The notes below the pieces were generated by a model, which worked only from the letters and a program-made list of their open reading frames with translations, was not told where the DNA came from and made no database searches. A program made the position numbers and the translations under genes. Below, piece by piece: positions 22,707 through 33,504 of a stretch of 64,000 nucleotides of DNA (its first letter is position 1; every line of letters starts with the position of its first letter). This stretch comes from a virus (taxonomy: Duplodnaviria > Caudoviricetes), in the IMG/VR virus record IMGVR_UViG_3300010340_001122. The stretch is one strand, 5' to 3'.

Positions 22707-23012
22707 ATGAATAAATGTATTTTCCAGTTTTGGGAAGAATCTGAGAGAGGATGGGGAATCCGTCCAGATGGATGTTCAATTCATTTAAATAAAGAAGAGT
22801 TAAATGCTTATATACAAAATATCTATAAAAATAGATTAGATGAAGTTCCTGATGAATACGATAGAATAGTTGGTTTACCAGTAGAATGTTTTATATCGGA
22901 TCAATTGTATGATAAGCTAAATCAATCTGGATATTTAAGATTATTTGAGTTTGAGAAAAATAATTTAATCTTAATGGAGGAGATTTTTTTTAAACCAAAT
23001 GAAGTTTTTTAG
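22707..23012 (+). CDS. Hypothetical phage protein
   Basis: WEESERGWGIRPDGCSIH; start placed at ATG 22707. Confidence 0.6.
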   Translation: MNKCIFQFWEESERGWGIRPDGCSIHLNKEELNAYIQNIYKNRLDEVPDEYDRIVGLPVECFISDQLYDKLNQSGYLRLFEFEKNNLILMEEIFFKPNEVF

Positions 23013-23313
23013 TCTACTATTTATTTTATCTACAATATACTATCTATTTAATCGTAAACATTTACTATTAAAAATTGATAATAGAACTTATAGATCAAAA
23101 TCTAAAGTATTTTTTGATATAATTTACTACTTTACTGATATTTTATACCTAATTTGGATAGTAATAATGATGTTTTATAATATTAAAATGTCTTTATTAT
23201 TAATATTATTAATTATTTTTAGATGGATTTTTTTAAATCCTTTTAAAAATAAACAAGACATGACTTATATTGTTTTAAAATTAATGATTTTATTTTCTAT
23301 TATTATAGGTTAA
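22999..23313 (+). CDS. Small membrane protein
   Basis: Three to four hydrophobic segments in 104 aa. Confidence 0.55.
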   Translation: MKFFSLLFILSTIYYLFNRKHLLLKIDNRTYRSKSKVFFDIIYYFTDILYLIWIVIMMFYNIKMSLLLILLIIFRWIFLNPFKNKQDMTYIVLKLMILFSIIIG

Positions 23314-23836
23314 ATCTTTTTAGATGATCTTCTGTTATAACAATAAACTCCCATCCTTTTTTATCACAAAATTTAATCATGGTGTTCCATTTATCTCTAT
23401 TTTTCTGAGCCATTTTTAAATCATACTCAAAGTTTTTTAATTTTTTTACAGTTGCTGATGATTTTGGAATTTCTAATTTTTTTTCTTGTAGTGCGATTAC
23501 CATTTCGAATTCTTTTTTAGGTTTTACCTCAGCAACCACTTTTTTGACCATTCCGTCATTTAATTTCATTTCGTAGTAGAAGTCTGGATAATAACTATGG
23601 CTTTTAACTTTTATATCACCATTATCAAAATGAGTCATTTGATACGGTATTGTTATACATTCAGCACCCCATTTAGAAACTTTTTCACTATTATCTAACC
23701 AAGTCATTATTTTTAATTCCCAGGAGCTTCTATAATAAACTCCTCCTTGTGAGTTTAATTTTAGAACTTTATCTTTATTTTTGGGGATGAAATTACCTTG
23801 ATGATAATTTTTATTTTTAGGCACACTGTTTAACAT
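23303..23836 (-). CDS. Head completion nuclease, gp4/TnsA-like
   Basis: YRSSWE, YYPDF, EVKP, KW...FC...GWEF.VITE. Confidence 0.9.
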   Translation of the reverse strand: MLNSVPKNKNYHQGNFIPKNKDKVLKLNSQGGVYYRSSWELKIMTWLDNSEKVSKWGAECITIPYQMTHFDNGDIKVKSHSYYPDFYYEMKLNDGMVKKVVAEVKPKKEFEMVIALQEKKLEIPKSSATVKKLKNFEYDLKMAQKNRDKWNTMIKFCDKKGWEFIVITEDHLKRFNL

Positions 23837-23853
23837 ATTAATATATATCTTAT

Positions 23854-24549
23854 ATGGGTGCTTTGCAAGAAAGAATAGAATTAAATAAAAAAGTTTTTGG
23901 AACAGATATAGTAGATTTCTATAAGAATAATACTTTATTTATGTATGATAAATATTCAAAAACTGATGAAATGTGTGATGCTATTTCAATTTCTGAAATA
24001 TCTGTTGGTAATTTTTACTTTTTTCACTATCACGATCCATCTAATTGGATGAAATATTCTCCAATTTTTTGTGTAGATTATAGAAAAGTTAAGGATATGA
24101 TAATTATTTTAGGATTAAATTTTAATTTTATACCTCTAGAAATTAGAGGGACTATTTTTGATAAGTTTATATCTGAACAAGATTTTGAAAATAATTCATC
24201 ATTAGAAGTTGATTTCACTGGAGTTTATACTGAGTTATTAAAATATGGATTCGAATATGCTATAGTTGAATATAATGCTATACAAATTAGCTTAGTGCAT
24301 AAAATAAATTTAGAACTACTACCTAGATTTTTATATTCATCTCATCCGAAAAATAAATATGATCCGAAAAAATTAATGGAGATTTGGACTACTAAGTTGA
24401 AAACAAGAGAAAAACGTCATCAAGAAATGACATTATCTATTCTTAGTGAATTTTATGATGTTACCTCAGAAATATCTAATAAATATGATGCCTTAATTGG
24501 ACACATACAGAGATTGCAAGATAGTTTTAATAAATTTAAAAATAAATAA
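23854..24549 (+). CDS. DNA end protector, gp2-like
   Basis: GNFYFFHY...P...LGLNFNFIP pattern; adjacent to gp4 and portal. Confidence 0.55.
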   Translation: MGALQERIELNKKVFGTDIVDFYKNNTLFMYDKYSKTDEMCDAISISEISVGNFYFFHYHDPSNWMKYSPIFCVDYRKVKDMIIILGLNFNFIPLEIRGTIFDKFISEQDFENNSSLEVDFTGVYTELLKYGFEYAIVEYNAIQISLVHKINLELLPRFLYSSHPKNKYDPKKLMEIWTTKLKTREKRHQEMTLSILSEFYDVTSEISNKYDALIGHIQRLQDSFNKFKNK

Positions 24550-24579
24550 TAATATATAAATAAAATTTATTCTGTAAGT

Positions 24580-24927
24580 ATGAAGCATTTAAAAAAATTT
24601 GAGGATCTTGAATATAAAGATTTATTGGCACAACAATCTAAACTAAGAGATGAGATGGAAAAATCTCGATTAGAAGAAGAGAAAAGAAGAAGAAGTGAAC
24701 TCTCTGGTAATCACTTATCTAAATTATCATCGGATATTGAAAAAAATAAACAATTAAATAAAAATCAGGAAGAACGTCAAGAATTAACACATTTAGTTGT
24801 TCAGTCCTTGATATACTCTGAGCAAAATAAAGATGGATTTGATAATTTTAAAAATGATTTAAAACAATTATTAAATAATTATTCTTTAGATAAACTTCCT
24901 AGAAGTGGGTCTTCAATTTATAGGTAA
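24580..24927 (+). CDS. Hypothetical coiled-coil protein (MKHLKKFED N-terminus)
   Basis: 115 aa; TAATATATA motif upstream. Confidence 0.65.
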   Translation: MKHLKKFEDLEYKDLLAQQSKLRDEMEKSRLEEEKRRRSELSGNHLSKLSSDIEKNKQLNKNQEERQELTHLVVQSLIYSEQNKDGFDNFKNDLKQLLNNYSLDKLPRSGSSIYR

Positions 24928-24978
24928 TTTTGAGGGAAATGGTCTATTTAATATATACCTAAAAATTTTTAAAATTTA

Positions 24979-26703
24979 ATGGCATCAACCTATAATCCTT
25001 TAAATCAAACTAGTAATGTTCAATCAATGAATAGTGCTGTTGAAAATAGAGGTCTTTTTAGCAGAATACTTAGAAATTTATCTTCATGGGGTATGAATTA
25101 TGATGATATGATCATGAGAAACCAAGTCGGAGTTGGTATTAATGAAGATCCATATTCACAACAGGGCAATTCTATGTATGATTTCTTTTCAAGAAGAGCA
25201 GTAGCATCTGTTTTAAATAGAAAATCAATACCTTATTTAGATAGATCCTATGCAGATAAGAGAAGAATATTGAGAGAATATTCTATAAAAGATGAAATTA
25301 GAGATTTTGTTTCTAGCGTTTGTGATGAAGCGGTTATTTATTCTGATAAAGATTTTTGTAAACCTAAAAATATATCTACTGATTATTCACAAGATATTAG
25401 AGATAAATACCAAGAATATTTTGAAACAATTTATAATAGATATGGATTTTCAGATTCAGTTTCAGCTTGGAATTTAATGAAAGATTTCCTTATCGATGGG
25501 TATGTTGCTATGGAAATTGTCTGGGATGATAAAAAGAAAAATATTATACATTTTAATAGATTAAGACCCGAGACACTTCTTCCAGCTTTTGAACCTTCTA
25601 TTGGACATCTTTGGATTCAATATCCAGAAGATCCTCAACTTAGAAGAATATTTCTAGATTCACAATTAATATTCATTTCATATTCAACTCAAAATGATTA
25701 TTCCGAGACTTCTTATGTTGAAGGATTGATTAAGCCTTATAATCAAATGAAGATTATAGAACAGACGAAAATTATGTTCAATATTATAAATGCAACAGTT
25801 TATCAGAAATTTACAATTCCGGTAAAGGGTCTTTCAAGACAAAAGGCAGAAGAACAAATAGGACAATTAATAAATGATTATTCGGAAGAAGTTGAGTGGG
25901 ATGATTCATTAGGTACTTTACAAATAAATGGTACTAAACACTTACCATATAATAAACAAATCTGGTTTCCAGAAGGTGATGCTGGTACTCCTAATATGGA
26001 GTTGATATCACCACAAGGACATAATTTAAATGAAGATGATATTTTAAAATGGTTTTATAATATTTTAAAAAGAGCTTCTAAAATTCCTGTTCAAAGATTT
26101 GAAGGTGATAATGGCGGTGGTAATGTTTTTACAGATGCTGCTGAGATGACTAGAGATGAAGCTAAATTTTCTAATTTTATTAATAGATTGAGAGCTAATT
26201 TTAAAGAACTAATAGTTAAACCACTTAAATTACAAATGTTGGTTGAGTTTCCAGAACTTAAAGATGATGAGATTGCATTAAATCAAATTGATATTGATTT
26301 TATATCAAATCAATTATTTGAGGAGTGGAAAAAACTTGGAAATATGTCTAAAAAAATTGAAATTCTTGGATCATATACTGGAATACAAAAAGCTGATGGT
26401 ACTCCATATTTTCATATTGAATATTTGATAGATAATGTTTTAAAACTAACAGCAGAGGAGAAAGAAGAAAATAAAAGATATTGGATTAATGATTCTGCTG
26501 GTGGTGGATCTTCTGAGGCTACTCCGGGAGATGGTATCTCAGATGCTGGTGCGGGTGGTGCTGGAGGAGATTTTGGAGGTGGTGCTGAAATGGGTGCTCA
26601 ATCTACTACTGAATCCCCAACTCCTGAAACTCCAGCTCCTGATGCAGGTGGATCAGATTCTTCGCCAGACACTGGTGGTGAAAGTTCAGAATTTGAATTC
26701 TAA
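24979..26703 (+). CDS. Portal protein, gp20-like
   Basis: FLIDG, SYVEGLIKPYNQMKIIE, KIPVQRF and EMTRDEAKFSNFINRLR motifs; Gly/acidic tail. Confidence 0.92.
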   Translation: MASTYNPLNQTSNVQSMNSAVENRGLFSRILRNLSSWGMNYDDMIMRNQVGVGINEDPYSQQGNSMYDFFSRRAVASVLNRKSIPYLDRSYADKRRILREYSIKDEIRDFVSSVCDEAVIYSDKDFCKPKNISTDYSQDIRDKYQEYFETIYNRYGFSDSVSAWNLMKDFLIDGYVAMEIVWDDKKKNIIHFNRLRPETLLPAFEPSIGHLWIQYPEDPQLRRIFLDSQLIFISYSTQNDYSETSYVEGLIKPYNQMKIIEQTKIMFNIINATVYQKFTIPVKGLSRQKAEEQIGQLINDYSEEVEWDDSLGTLQINGTKHLPYNKQIWFPEGDAGTPNMELISPQGHNLNEDDILKWFYNILKRASKIPVQRFEGDNGGGNVFTDAAEMTRDEAKFSNFINRLRANFKELIVKPLKLQMLVEFPELKDDEIALNQIDIDFISNQLFEEWKKLGNMSKKIEILGSYTGIQKADGTPYFHIEYLIDNVLKLTAEEKEENKRYWINDSAGGGSSEATPGDGISDAGAGGAGGDFGGGAEMGAQSTTESPTPETPAPDAGGSDSSPDTGGESSEFEF

Positions 26704-27140
26704 GCGGATAGTTTAGACTTACTACAAGCTTGAAATCCATTTATTTCATAATAATTATAAGAATGTAATATTACTACTCTAAAATCTATTGTATGACCAA
26801 TTTCTAATAAATTTAATAGTATTTTACCATTTGGTGTTTCTAATATATTTATATCTAAATTGATCTTAATTACATTAAGATCTTTATCAACTACAAATGA
26901 CATTGAGTTAATAGAAAATGTTGAATCTTTTAATCTGAATGAATATTCATCTGAGGATACCGTATCTAATCCACATATTAATGGTGGATTCATATTAGTA
27001 ATATCGAATTGTGATTTATTACCTAATAGAGAATTTATTTTTATTTCTCTATAAAAAGATTTATAATCTCTATATTTTTCTAAAATGTTTTTAAAACATT
27101 CAAGATTGTGAAAATTTTCTAATTTAACATCAACTATCAT
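26700..27140 (-). CDS. Hypothetical protein
   Basis: 146-aa ORF; contains YREIKINSLL. Confidence 0.55.
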   Translation of the reverse strand: MIVDVKLENFHNLECFKNILEKYRDYKSFYREIKINSLLGNKSQFDITNMNPPLICGLDTVSSDEYSFRLKDSTFSINSMSFVVDKDLNVIKINLDINILETPNGKILLNLLEIGHTIDFRVVILHSYNYYEINGFQACSKSKLSA

Positions 27141-27494
27141 ATACTTTTTTCTTTTCAGAAATAGTTTGTTTCATTTTTTTAAAAATTTTCTTATTTTGAA
27201 TTGGATATTCACATCCATAATTCTTTTGTAATGTTTCTTTTCTTTTAGATTCTGAGCATTTTCTACAATAATATATGCCCCAGTTATTGCCATATTTTAT
27301 ATAGTTTTTATAGATTACATCTTTTTTAATACCACATCCATCACATTCACATTGTATTTTATGATGAGATCCTTTTGATAATAGTTCAGTTGGGATTATT
27401 AATTCATCACCAATAGAAATGTCATATCCTAAATTTTCAAAATATGAAAATTGGATTCAATTATTTTAATTTTAATTTCTCTAGTAAGAATCAT
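27130..27494 (-). pseudogene. Zn-ribbon HEG-associated domain gene with a 1-nt frameshift
   Basis: MILTREIKIKIIESNF then, one frame over, YFENLGY...CECDGC...YCRKC...KNYGCEYP to TGA 27130; break in a T4 run at 27447-27450. Confidence 0.6.
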
Positions 27495-27646
27495 AAAAAA
27501 CCGTTAATTTTTATTTATATATCTAAATTTTCATGTCTCTGTGACGTTTTAATATCATTGAGTTTTATTTATTCTGTAAAAAATCCACCTTTAATTTTTT
27601 TAGGTTTTTTTAAGTTGATATATAACTAAAATAAAAGGTAAATTTC

Positions 27647-29800
27647 ATGAAATCAGTTCTTATTGTTGAAAATTCAACTAATTCTTTGAGTGTATCAGAG
27701 AGTTCAATTAATAGGGATCAGCATATCTTAGGTGGTGTATTCACAGAGTTTGATGTTAAAAATCGTAACGAAAGAGTATATACAGCCGACAGATTTCTTC
27801 CTTGTTTACAAGAAATGAATGAGCGAATACAAAACATGGGCGTAGTCTATGGTGAGTTCGACCATCCGGATGTTTTCGATACTTCGTTATCGAGAGCGTC
27901 ACATATAATCACAAAAGCAAGTTACATTAAAGAAAGTAATAGAGTCGAAGGTGAAATTAAATTACTTAGTACACATTGGGGTAAAGAGGCAAAGTCATTG
28001 GTAAATGATGGTTGTCCAATTTTCGTTTCGTCACGTGCTGCTGGTATTACAGAATCTGACGGTACAGTAACATTGAAGAAATTATTTACATATGATATTG
28101 TAGCAGATCCGGGTTTTGCATCTGCAAGGATGAGTGTAAAAGTTCTTAATGAGTCATTAGGCTATAAAGACCCAAAATCTAACTTTAGGATATATGAAAT
28201 GTCCGATGAGTCAAAAATAAATGATTTATTCAATATGAACAATAATAATCTGGTGACAAAAACACAATTAACAGAATATTCTAAATATCTTGTTAATGAG
28301 TTGGCTTCTACAAAAAAAGAAGTTCGTAATGCAATTACCAAAGGTAATCTTAATCCAAAAAAATTGGAGCAATTGTTAGAATATTACGAAAATTTAAATG
28401 AGACAAATTCTCAAATAGTTAAATATTTAGATTATTTAGCTGAAAAAGTTCAAGTAATGGTAAATGAAAACACTTCACTTAAAACTACTGCTGAAAAACT
28501 TATTAAACATAATGACTATTTAGCTGAAAATCTTGAAAAGGCAATTAACTATACTGAATATGTTGCTGAAAATCTTGATAAAAACATTGAGTATTCAGAA
28601 TATTTAGCTGAAAATCTTGATAAAAACATTTCTTATTCAGAATATATCGCTGAAAATCTTGATAAAAACATTTCTTATTCAGAATATTTAGCTGAAAATC
28701 TTGACAAGAATATTGCATATTCAGAATATATTGCTGAAAATCTTGACAAGAATATTGCATATTCAGAATATATCGCTGAAAATCTTGACAAAAATATTTC
28801 ATATTCAGAATATTTGGCAGAACACCTTGATAATTCAATTGCATATTCAGAATATTTAGCTGAACATGTTGAGGGAAATATCGCATATTCAGAATATATC
28901 GCTGAAAATCTTGACGATAACATCGCATATTCAGAATATGTTGCTGAAAACTTAGATAAATCAATTTCTTATCAAGGATTGATTGTTGAAAAGTTAAATG
29001 GTGGTAGATTATTTGAATCTACTGGCGAAGAAGGTGAAATGCTTCCAACATTAAAATCTGCTGGATTCGATTCTTATGAAGAAGAGGAAGAATCAGAAGA
29101 AGAAGAGGAAGAAAACTGGAATGATTCATCTGAAGCACCTGCTGCTGATGAAACTCCAAAATTAGAATCATATGATGAAGAAGAATCTTCTGAAGATGAG
29201 TCTAGTGAAGAGTCTGACGACGACACTTATAGTGATGAGTCTAATGACGATGAATATTCTCCTGAATATGAGGGAAAATCAGACACAGAATTATCTAAAT
29301 CTATTGATAAATTGATCGAAGAAGCTAAAAAACGTAAAGCTGTTGAAACATCCGATCTACACTTTTTAAAATTCTTAAACAAATCTCAGGTTGATAGTTT
29401 CTATTCATTAACAAATGAAGAACAAGAAACTGTTACACTTTACATAAGCGAAAAAAGTTTCTTATCACAACAAGACGTGTTAAGATTAGTATCTGAGGCT
29501 TTGAGTTCAAAGAATGAATCTCTTGAAGAAAGAGTAATCAGATTGATGCCTGAAAACATCAAGCCAATCTGGAACCAATTAAATGAGAATGCTAGAAAAT
29601 CTATCTTATCACAAGCTAGACTTTATCCATCAGAAGTTCTTACAACAGAATCACAAGTTGATCACTTCTGGATGACTAGAAATCTCAAGAAAAATGAATC
29701 AGTTACTAAGAAATTAGTATCACATGAAAGCTTAATCCAAGAAGATAAAATATCTGAAAAGGAATTAACAGCAATCATGGAAAGATTCAAAAATCTATAA
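27647..29800 (+). CDS. Prohead protease (gp21-like) fused to scaffold/core protein
   Basis: N.N.RVY, YGEFDHP, VSSRAAG, TYDIVADPGF protease motifs, then coiled-coil repeats and an acidic linker; directly upstream of the capsid gene. Confidence 0.9.
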   Translation: MKSVLIVENSTNSLSVSESSINRDQHILGGVFTEFDVKNRNERVYTADRFLPCLQEMNERIQNMGVVYGEFDHPDVFDTSLSRASHIITKASYIKESNRVEGEIKLLSTHWGKEAKSLVNDGCPIFVSSRAAGITESDGTVTLKKLFTYDIVADPGFASARMSVKVLNESLGYKDPKSNFRIYEMSDESKINDLFNMNNNNLVTKTQLTEYSKYLVNELASTKKEVRNAITKGNLNPKKLEQLLEYYENLNETNSQIVKYLDYLAEKVQVMVNENTSLKTTAEKLIKHNDYLAENLEKAINYTEYVAENLDKNIEYSEYLAENLDKNISYSEYIAENLDKNISYSEYLAENLDKNIAYSEYIAENLDKNIAYSEYIAENLDKNISYSEYLAEHLDNSIAYSEYLAEHVEGNIAYSEYIAENLDDNIAYSEYVAENLDKSISYQGLIVEKLNGGRLFESTGEEGEMLPTLKSAGFDSYEEEEESEEEEEENWNDSSEAPAADETPKLESYDEEESSEDESSEESDDDTYSDESNDDEYSPEYEGKSDTELSKSIDKLIEEAKKRKAVETSDLHFLKFLNKSQVDSFYSLTNEEQETVTLYISEKSFLSQQDVLRLVSEALSSKNESLEERVIRLMPENIKPIWNQLNENARKSILSQARLYPSEVLTTESQVDHFWMTRNLKKNESVTKKLVSHESLIQEDKISEKELTAIMERFKNL
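28517..28978 (+). repeat. Eleven 42-bp coding tandem repeats (Y[LIV]AENLDKNI[AS]YSE)
   Basis: Directly visible in DNA and protein. Confidence 0.95.
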
Positions 29801-29834
29801 TCTACAAAGTAGATAAAAAAACTAAAACTAAAAT

Positions 29835-31559
29835 ATGTCAAACATTAGAATAGACAAAATAAAAGCGGTTAAGAAGTGGTCTCCAGTATTGGAAAACATG
29901 GGTGTCGCTGGTGATAGAGTAGAATGGATGTCAGAATATGCTGAGTTTCACTCAATCAACGAAAACGCTTACGCTAACGCAACTACAGCTGGTATGGGTG
30001 CTGTTTTAAATCCAGTTATTGGTGCAAATACACCAGCTGGTACTTTAAATGGTAGCTCATGGGGCGGAACAATTGGTTCAGGTGACTTAGGTCAGAATCT
30101 TCTTCCAGTTGCTATGAAAATCGCAGCTCAAACAATCGGTCTTGACCTTGTTGCTGTTAAACCTACTCCAGGTCCAAAAATTGATTTACTTTATATTGAT
30201 TTCCAATATGATGACGTAAATACAACTGATGCTAACGCAAGACCACAAGTATTTAAAATTACTGGTGCTACTAACTTATCAACAGCTGTTGGAACAGTAT
30301 CAACTTATGCTACTACAACATCAGGATTCACACTTACATCTGGTGGCCTTAGAGGTGGTAGAGTATTCGCTACTATCGCTACATCATCTTCTATTTCAGG
30401 AGCTCCTGCTGCTGGTGCATTTTATACATCAGAACCAACTAATAAGAATGGTATTGTTGAATTTTTAGGTTTCTCACGTGTTGATGGATACCCTATGTTC
30501 AAAGCTTACAGACAAGTAAATGCTTTTGGATCAGGCGGATATGCATCTTTGAGTACACTTTCATACGAAGCTCAATTAAATACATTTAATGCAACTGCAT
30601 CTATGACTAGTCAAATTACAAACATTGGTACTCAAGTACTTACTGGAACTGTAACTATTGACTTAGTATCTGCACTTGAAGATCACCTTCCAGGTTTCTC
30701 TGCAAATTGGGCATCTTCAACTTCATCAGGTGATTATCCAATGAGTCGTCAAGCTGATGATAATAGCTATTCAGGTATTATCGGACCTAAGGTTTCTTCT
30801 AAAACAGTTGCTGTAGGTACTATTGAAGTATCAACTGCACTTAGAAGAACAGAAATTGAAGATATTAAAGCTAATACAGGTATGGATATCGTTCAAAAGA
30901 TGGAATCTATCCTTGTTAATGAATTGTCTCAAACAATTTCAAGACAAATTGTTGATAAAATCTTTTCATTGGGAACATTGAATAGAAGCACATCACCAGT
31001 TAATACTGGATTAGGTGTAACTACTGTTGGTACAACAGCATCAACAATATTCGACTTAAACACTGCTTATGTATCATCTGTTGGTGGAGAAACTACTCAC
31101 GCTGTTCAACGTAAGTTGATCACTAAGATGGTTCATGCCTCTAACTTCATTGCAACTGAAGGTCGTGTTGGTCCAGCACAATTCGCTGTAACTAATGGAG
31201 GTCTTGCTGCATCTCTTATGGATATTGCAGGATACACAATCAATCCATTTAAATCAAAAATTACTGGTCAAGGTCAACTATATCCAGTTGGTCAAATTGG
31301 TGATATTTCTATCTATGTTGATCCTTATATGAAATATAATGATAACAGAATTGTAATTGGTAGAAAGAACAACCCTGATCAACCAGGTCTTATCTTCATT
31401 CCTTACTTGATGGCTCAGTCTATCAGTGTAATTTCTGAAGCGACTTTTGCTCCAAGAATGTTGTTACGTTCAAGATACGCAATTGCAGATGTTGGATTCT
31501 TCCCAGAGAAACAATATATGACAATTGTTGTTACTGATACAGCTCAATATTTAAACTAA
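29835..31559 (+). CDS. Major capsid protein, gp23-like
   Basis: KKWSPVLE, DLVAVKP, ILVNELSQTISRQI, IYVDPY, PRMLLRSRYA; highly biased codons; strong terminator. Confidence 0.93.
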   Translation: MSNIRIDKIKAVKKWSPVLENMGVAGDRVEWMSEYAEFHSINENAYANATTAGMGAVLNPVIGANTPAGTLNGSSWGGTIGSGDLGQNLLPVAMKIAAQTIGLDLVAVKPTPGPKIDLLYIDFQYDDVNTTDANARPQVFKITGATNLSTAVGTVSTYATTTSGFTLTSGGLRGGRVFATIATSSSISGAPAAGAFYTSEPTNKNGIVEFLGFSRVDGYPMFKAYRQVNAFGSGGYASLSTLSYEAQLNTFNATASMTSQITNIGTQVLTGTVTIDLVSALEDHLPGFSANWASSTSSGDYPMSRQADDNSYSGIIGPKVSSKTVAVGTIEVSTALRRTEIEDIKANTGMDIVQKMESILVNELSQTISRQIVDKIFSLGTLNRSTSPVNTGLGVTTVGTTASTIFDLNTAYVSSVGGETTHAVQRKLITKMVHASNFIATEGRVGPAQFAVTNGGLAASLMDIAGYTINPFKSKITGQGQLYPVGQIGDISIYVDPYMKYNDNRIVIGRKNNPDQPGLIFIPYLMAQSISVISEATFAPRMLLRSRYAIADVGFFPEKQYMTIVVTDTAQYLN

Positions 31560-31573
31560 TTAATAAAGTTTAT

Positions 31574-31610
31574 AAAACAAAAAACCCTCCTATGGAGGGT
31601 TTTTTGTTTT
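31574..31610. terminator. Bidirectional intrinsic terminator
   Basis: aaaacaaaaaaccctcc-tat-ggagggttttttgtttt. Confidence 0.9.
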
Positions 31611-33005
31611 TTATCTTTTCCATATAAATTTAGAATTACCAGCTCCGTATATTCTGTAAATTTTCAATTCTTTTAATATTTGATGTTCTGATTTATTTTT
31701 ATCATAACCCATTTTAATTAAATTACTTTTATTATAATTGTGGCGACTTAATCTTTTATTTCCTTTTATATACCAATATGATATTTTGGATTCTGAATGA
31801 TAATTCATTCCAATTTTTTCATAAAATTTACCAGCCCATTCATTTGCACTGAAACTATAGATATATTCAACATCTTTATAAGTTTTAATAAAGTAATTAA
31901 ATAATTTACTACCAGCTCCAATAACATTACTATTTAATTTATTGCAAAATCTATATAACTCATATGTTATTTTATCATTTTTACTTGACATATTTCCCCT
32001 TGGTTTGCCAAATGTCATGACTGATACAAGTTCATTATTATGATATAATCCTAAATTTATACTTGACTTTATTGAACCCTGTAAATGATTATTAGTTAAA
32101 AATTCATTAGTTTCTTTAAAATTTATTTCTTTGATATGACATTTTCTAGCATAAATTTTAATTTTATTTAAATGTAATAAATTTTTAATCCTACTTTTTA
32201 CAATTTCTTGTTTATTTATCCATTCATCTTCATATATTTGAATTAATACTATATTATTCTTACATGACTTTTTATATTTAGAGTAATGATAATCTTTTTT
32301 TTTATTTATTTCAGAATGCCAATAGAGACCATTATATTCAAATCCTAAATTTAAATCCGGTATAAATATATCAATTTCGGTTCCTATTAATTTTCTATCA
32401 TTATAAATTATTTTTCCTGTATAAATACTTTTAATAAAATTTCTAACATCAATTTCACCATTTGAGACACTAAATGAATAGCTTACACAGCTTCTCCAAT
32501 CTAAACCAAGATATATTCTTTGTTCTATAACTTTTCTTTCAATTTTGTGTGTTTTTTCACATAAATCACATATAATTTCATACACATCATCTTCTGTTGT
32601 GTTTATTAGCTTCGCATCTCCTATTATTTTTATTAAATCATTAATTCTTTTATTTTTACGATTTTTAATATTTTTTGGTATTAGTGATGGATGATAAACA
32701 CCATATTCTTTGAATAATGTTTCTTTAGCTAAATTTTTTGATCCAGATGAACCACAAGAATTTGAACAATATTTTTGATATCCAATTGTTTTATTTTTAT
32801 ATTTTACTTTTTTACCACAATTTGGACAATTTGGAGTTTCATTTATATTAAATCTTAATTTATAAGCTTTCTCACTAATAGTATCTCCATCATTTTTTAA
32901 TATTTCCTCATATATATTCAAAGCATTATTTAATAACCATTTCTCAGTTGTGTATATACCTGATACATTATTATCATATAGTTCAAAATATTTTTCTATT
33001 CTCAT
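31611..33005 (-). mobile_element. Hef-like (PD-(D/E)XK) homing endonuclease
   Basis: CPNC and CSNSC zinc motifs, EIDIFIP..GFEYNGLYWHS, IYARKC, YELYRFC; start placed at ATG 33005 (MRIEKYFE). Confidence 0.8.
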
Positions 33006-33081
33006 TAATATATTATATATTGAATTAATATTTGGTTTTTTCCCCACACTATATTTAATAATTAAAAATAATATATACCTT

Positions 33082-33480
33082 ATGAAAATAAAAAGATATT
33101 GTAATTTTTATGAGTCGAAATCTGATAAATTTCCAAATATAAAAACTGTAATTATAGATGATTTTACTATTATGATAGGAAAAGATGCTTTGTCTAATGA
33201 TTATTTAACGACAAAGATGGCTAATGATGAGGACCTTTGGTTTCATGCTGCTGGTGTCCCTGGTAGTCATATAGTTATAAGGATTAAAGATAAGTTGCCT
33301 TCTCCAGAATTAATAAAGGAGGTTTCTAAACTAGCTGTTAAAAATTCAAAGGCACCAAAGGGAAATAAAGCTAAAGTAGTCTATTGTAAAGCTAAATTTG
33401 TTAAAAAATCATCTGATATGAAGCCCGGTCAAGTAATTGTTGATTATAAAAACTCGGAAGAAGTCATAGTTGAAAATTAA
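33082..33480 (+). CDS. Stand-alone NFACT RNA-binding (DUF814) domain protein
   Basis: IGKDALSNDYLT...DLWFHAAGVPGSHIVI...KPGQV; N-terminus MKIKRYCNFYES. Confidence 0.85.
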   Translation: MKIKRYCNFYESKSDKFPNIKTVIIDDFTIMIGKDALSNDYLTTKMANDEDLWFHAAGVPGSHIVIRIKDKLPSPELIKEVSKLAVKNSKAPKGNKAKVVYCKAKFVKKSSDMKPGQVIVDYKNSEEVIVEN

Positions 33481-33504
33481 TATATAAAAAAACTAAATAA
33501 AGTT

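Noticed and set aside
22999-23313. Holin
   Set aside because: Hydrophobic, but there is no adjacent endolysin or recognisable family motif.
28545-28964. Repetitive minus-strand ORFs (139 and 82 aa)
   Set aside because: Shadows of the scaffold repeats.
28517-28978. 42-bp periodic repeats as a CRISPR array
   Set aside because: No unique spacers; units are in frame, vary mainly at synonymous or conservative positions, and lie inside the scaffold CDS.
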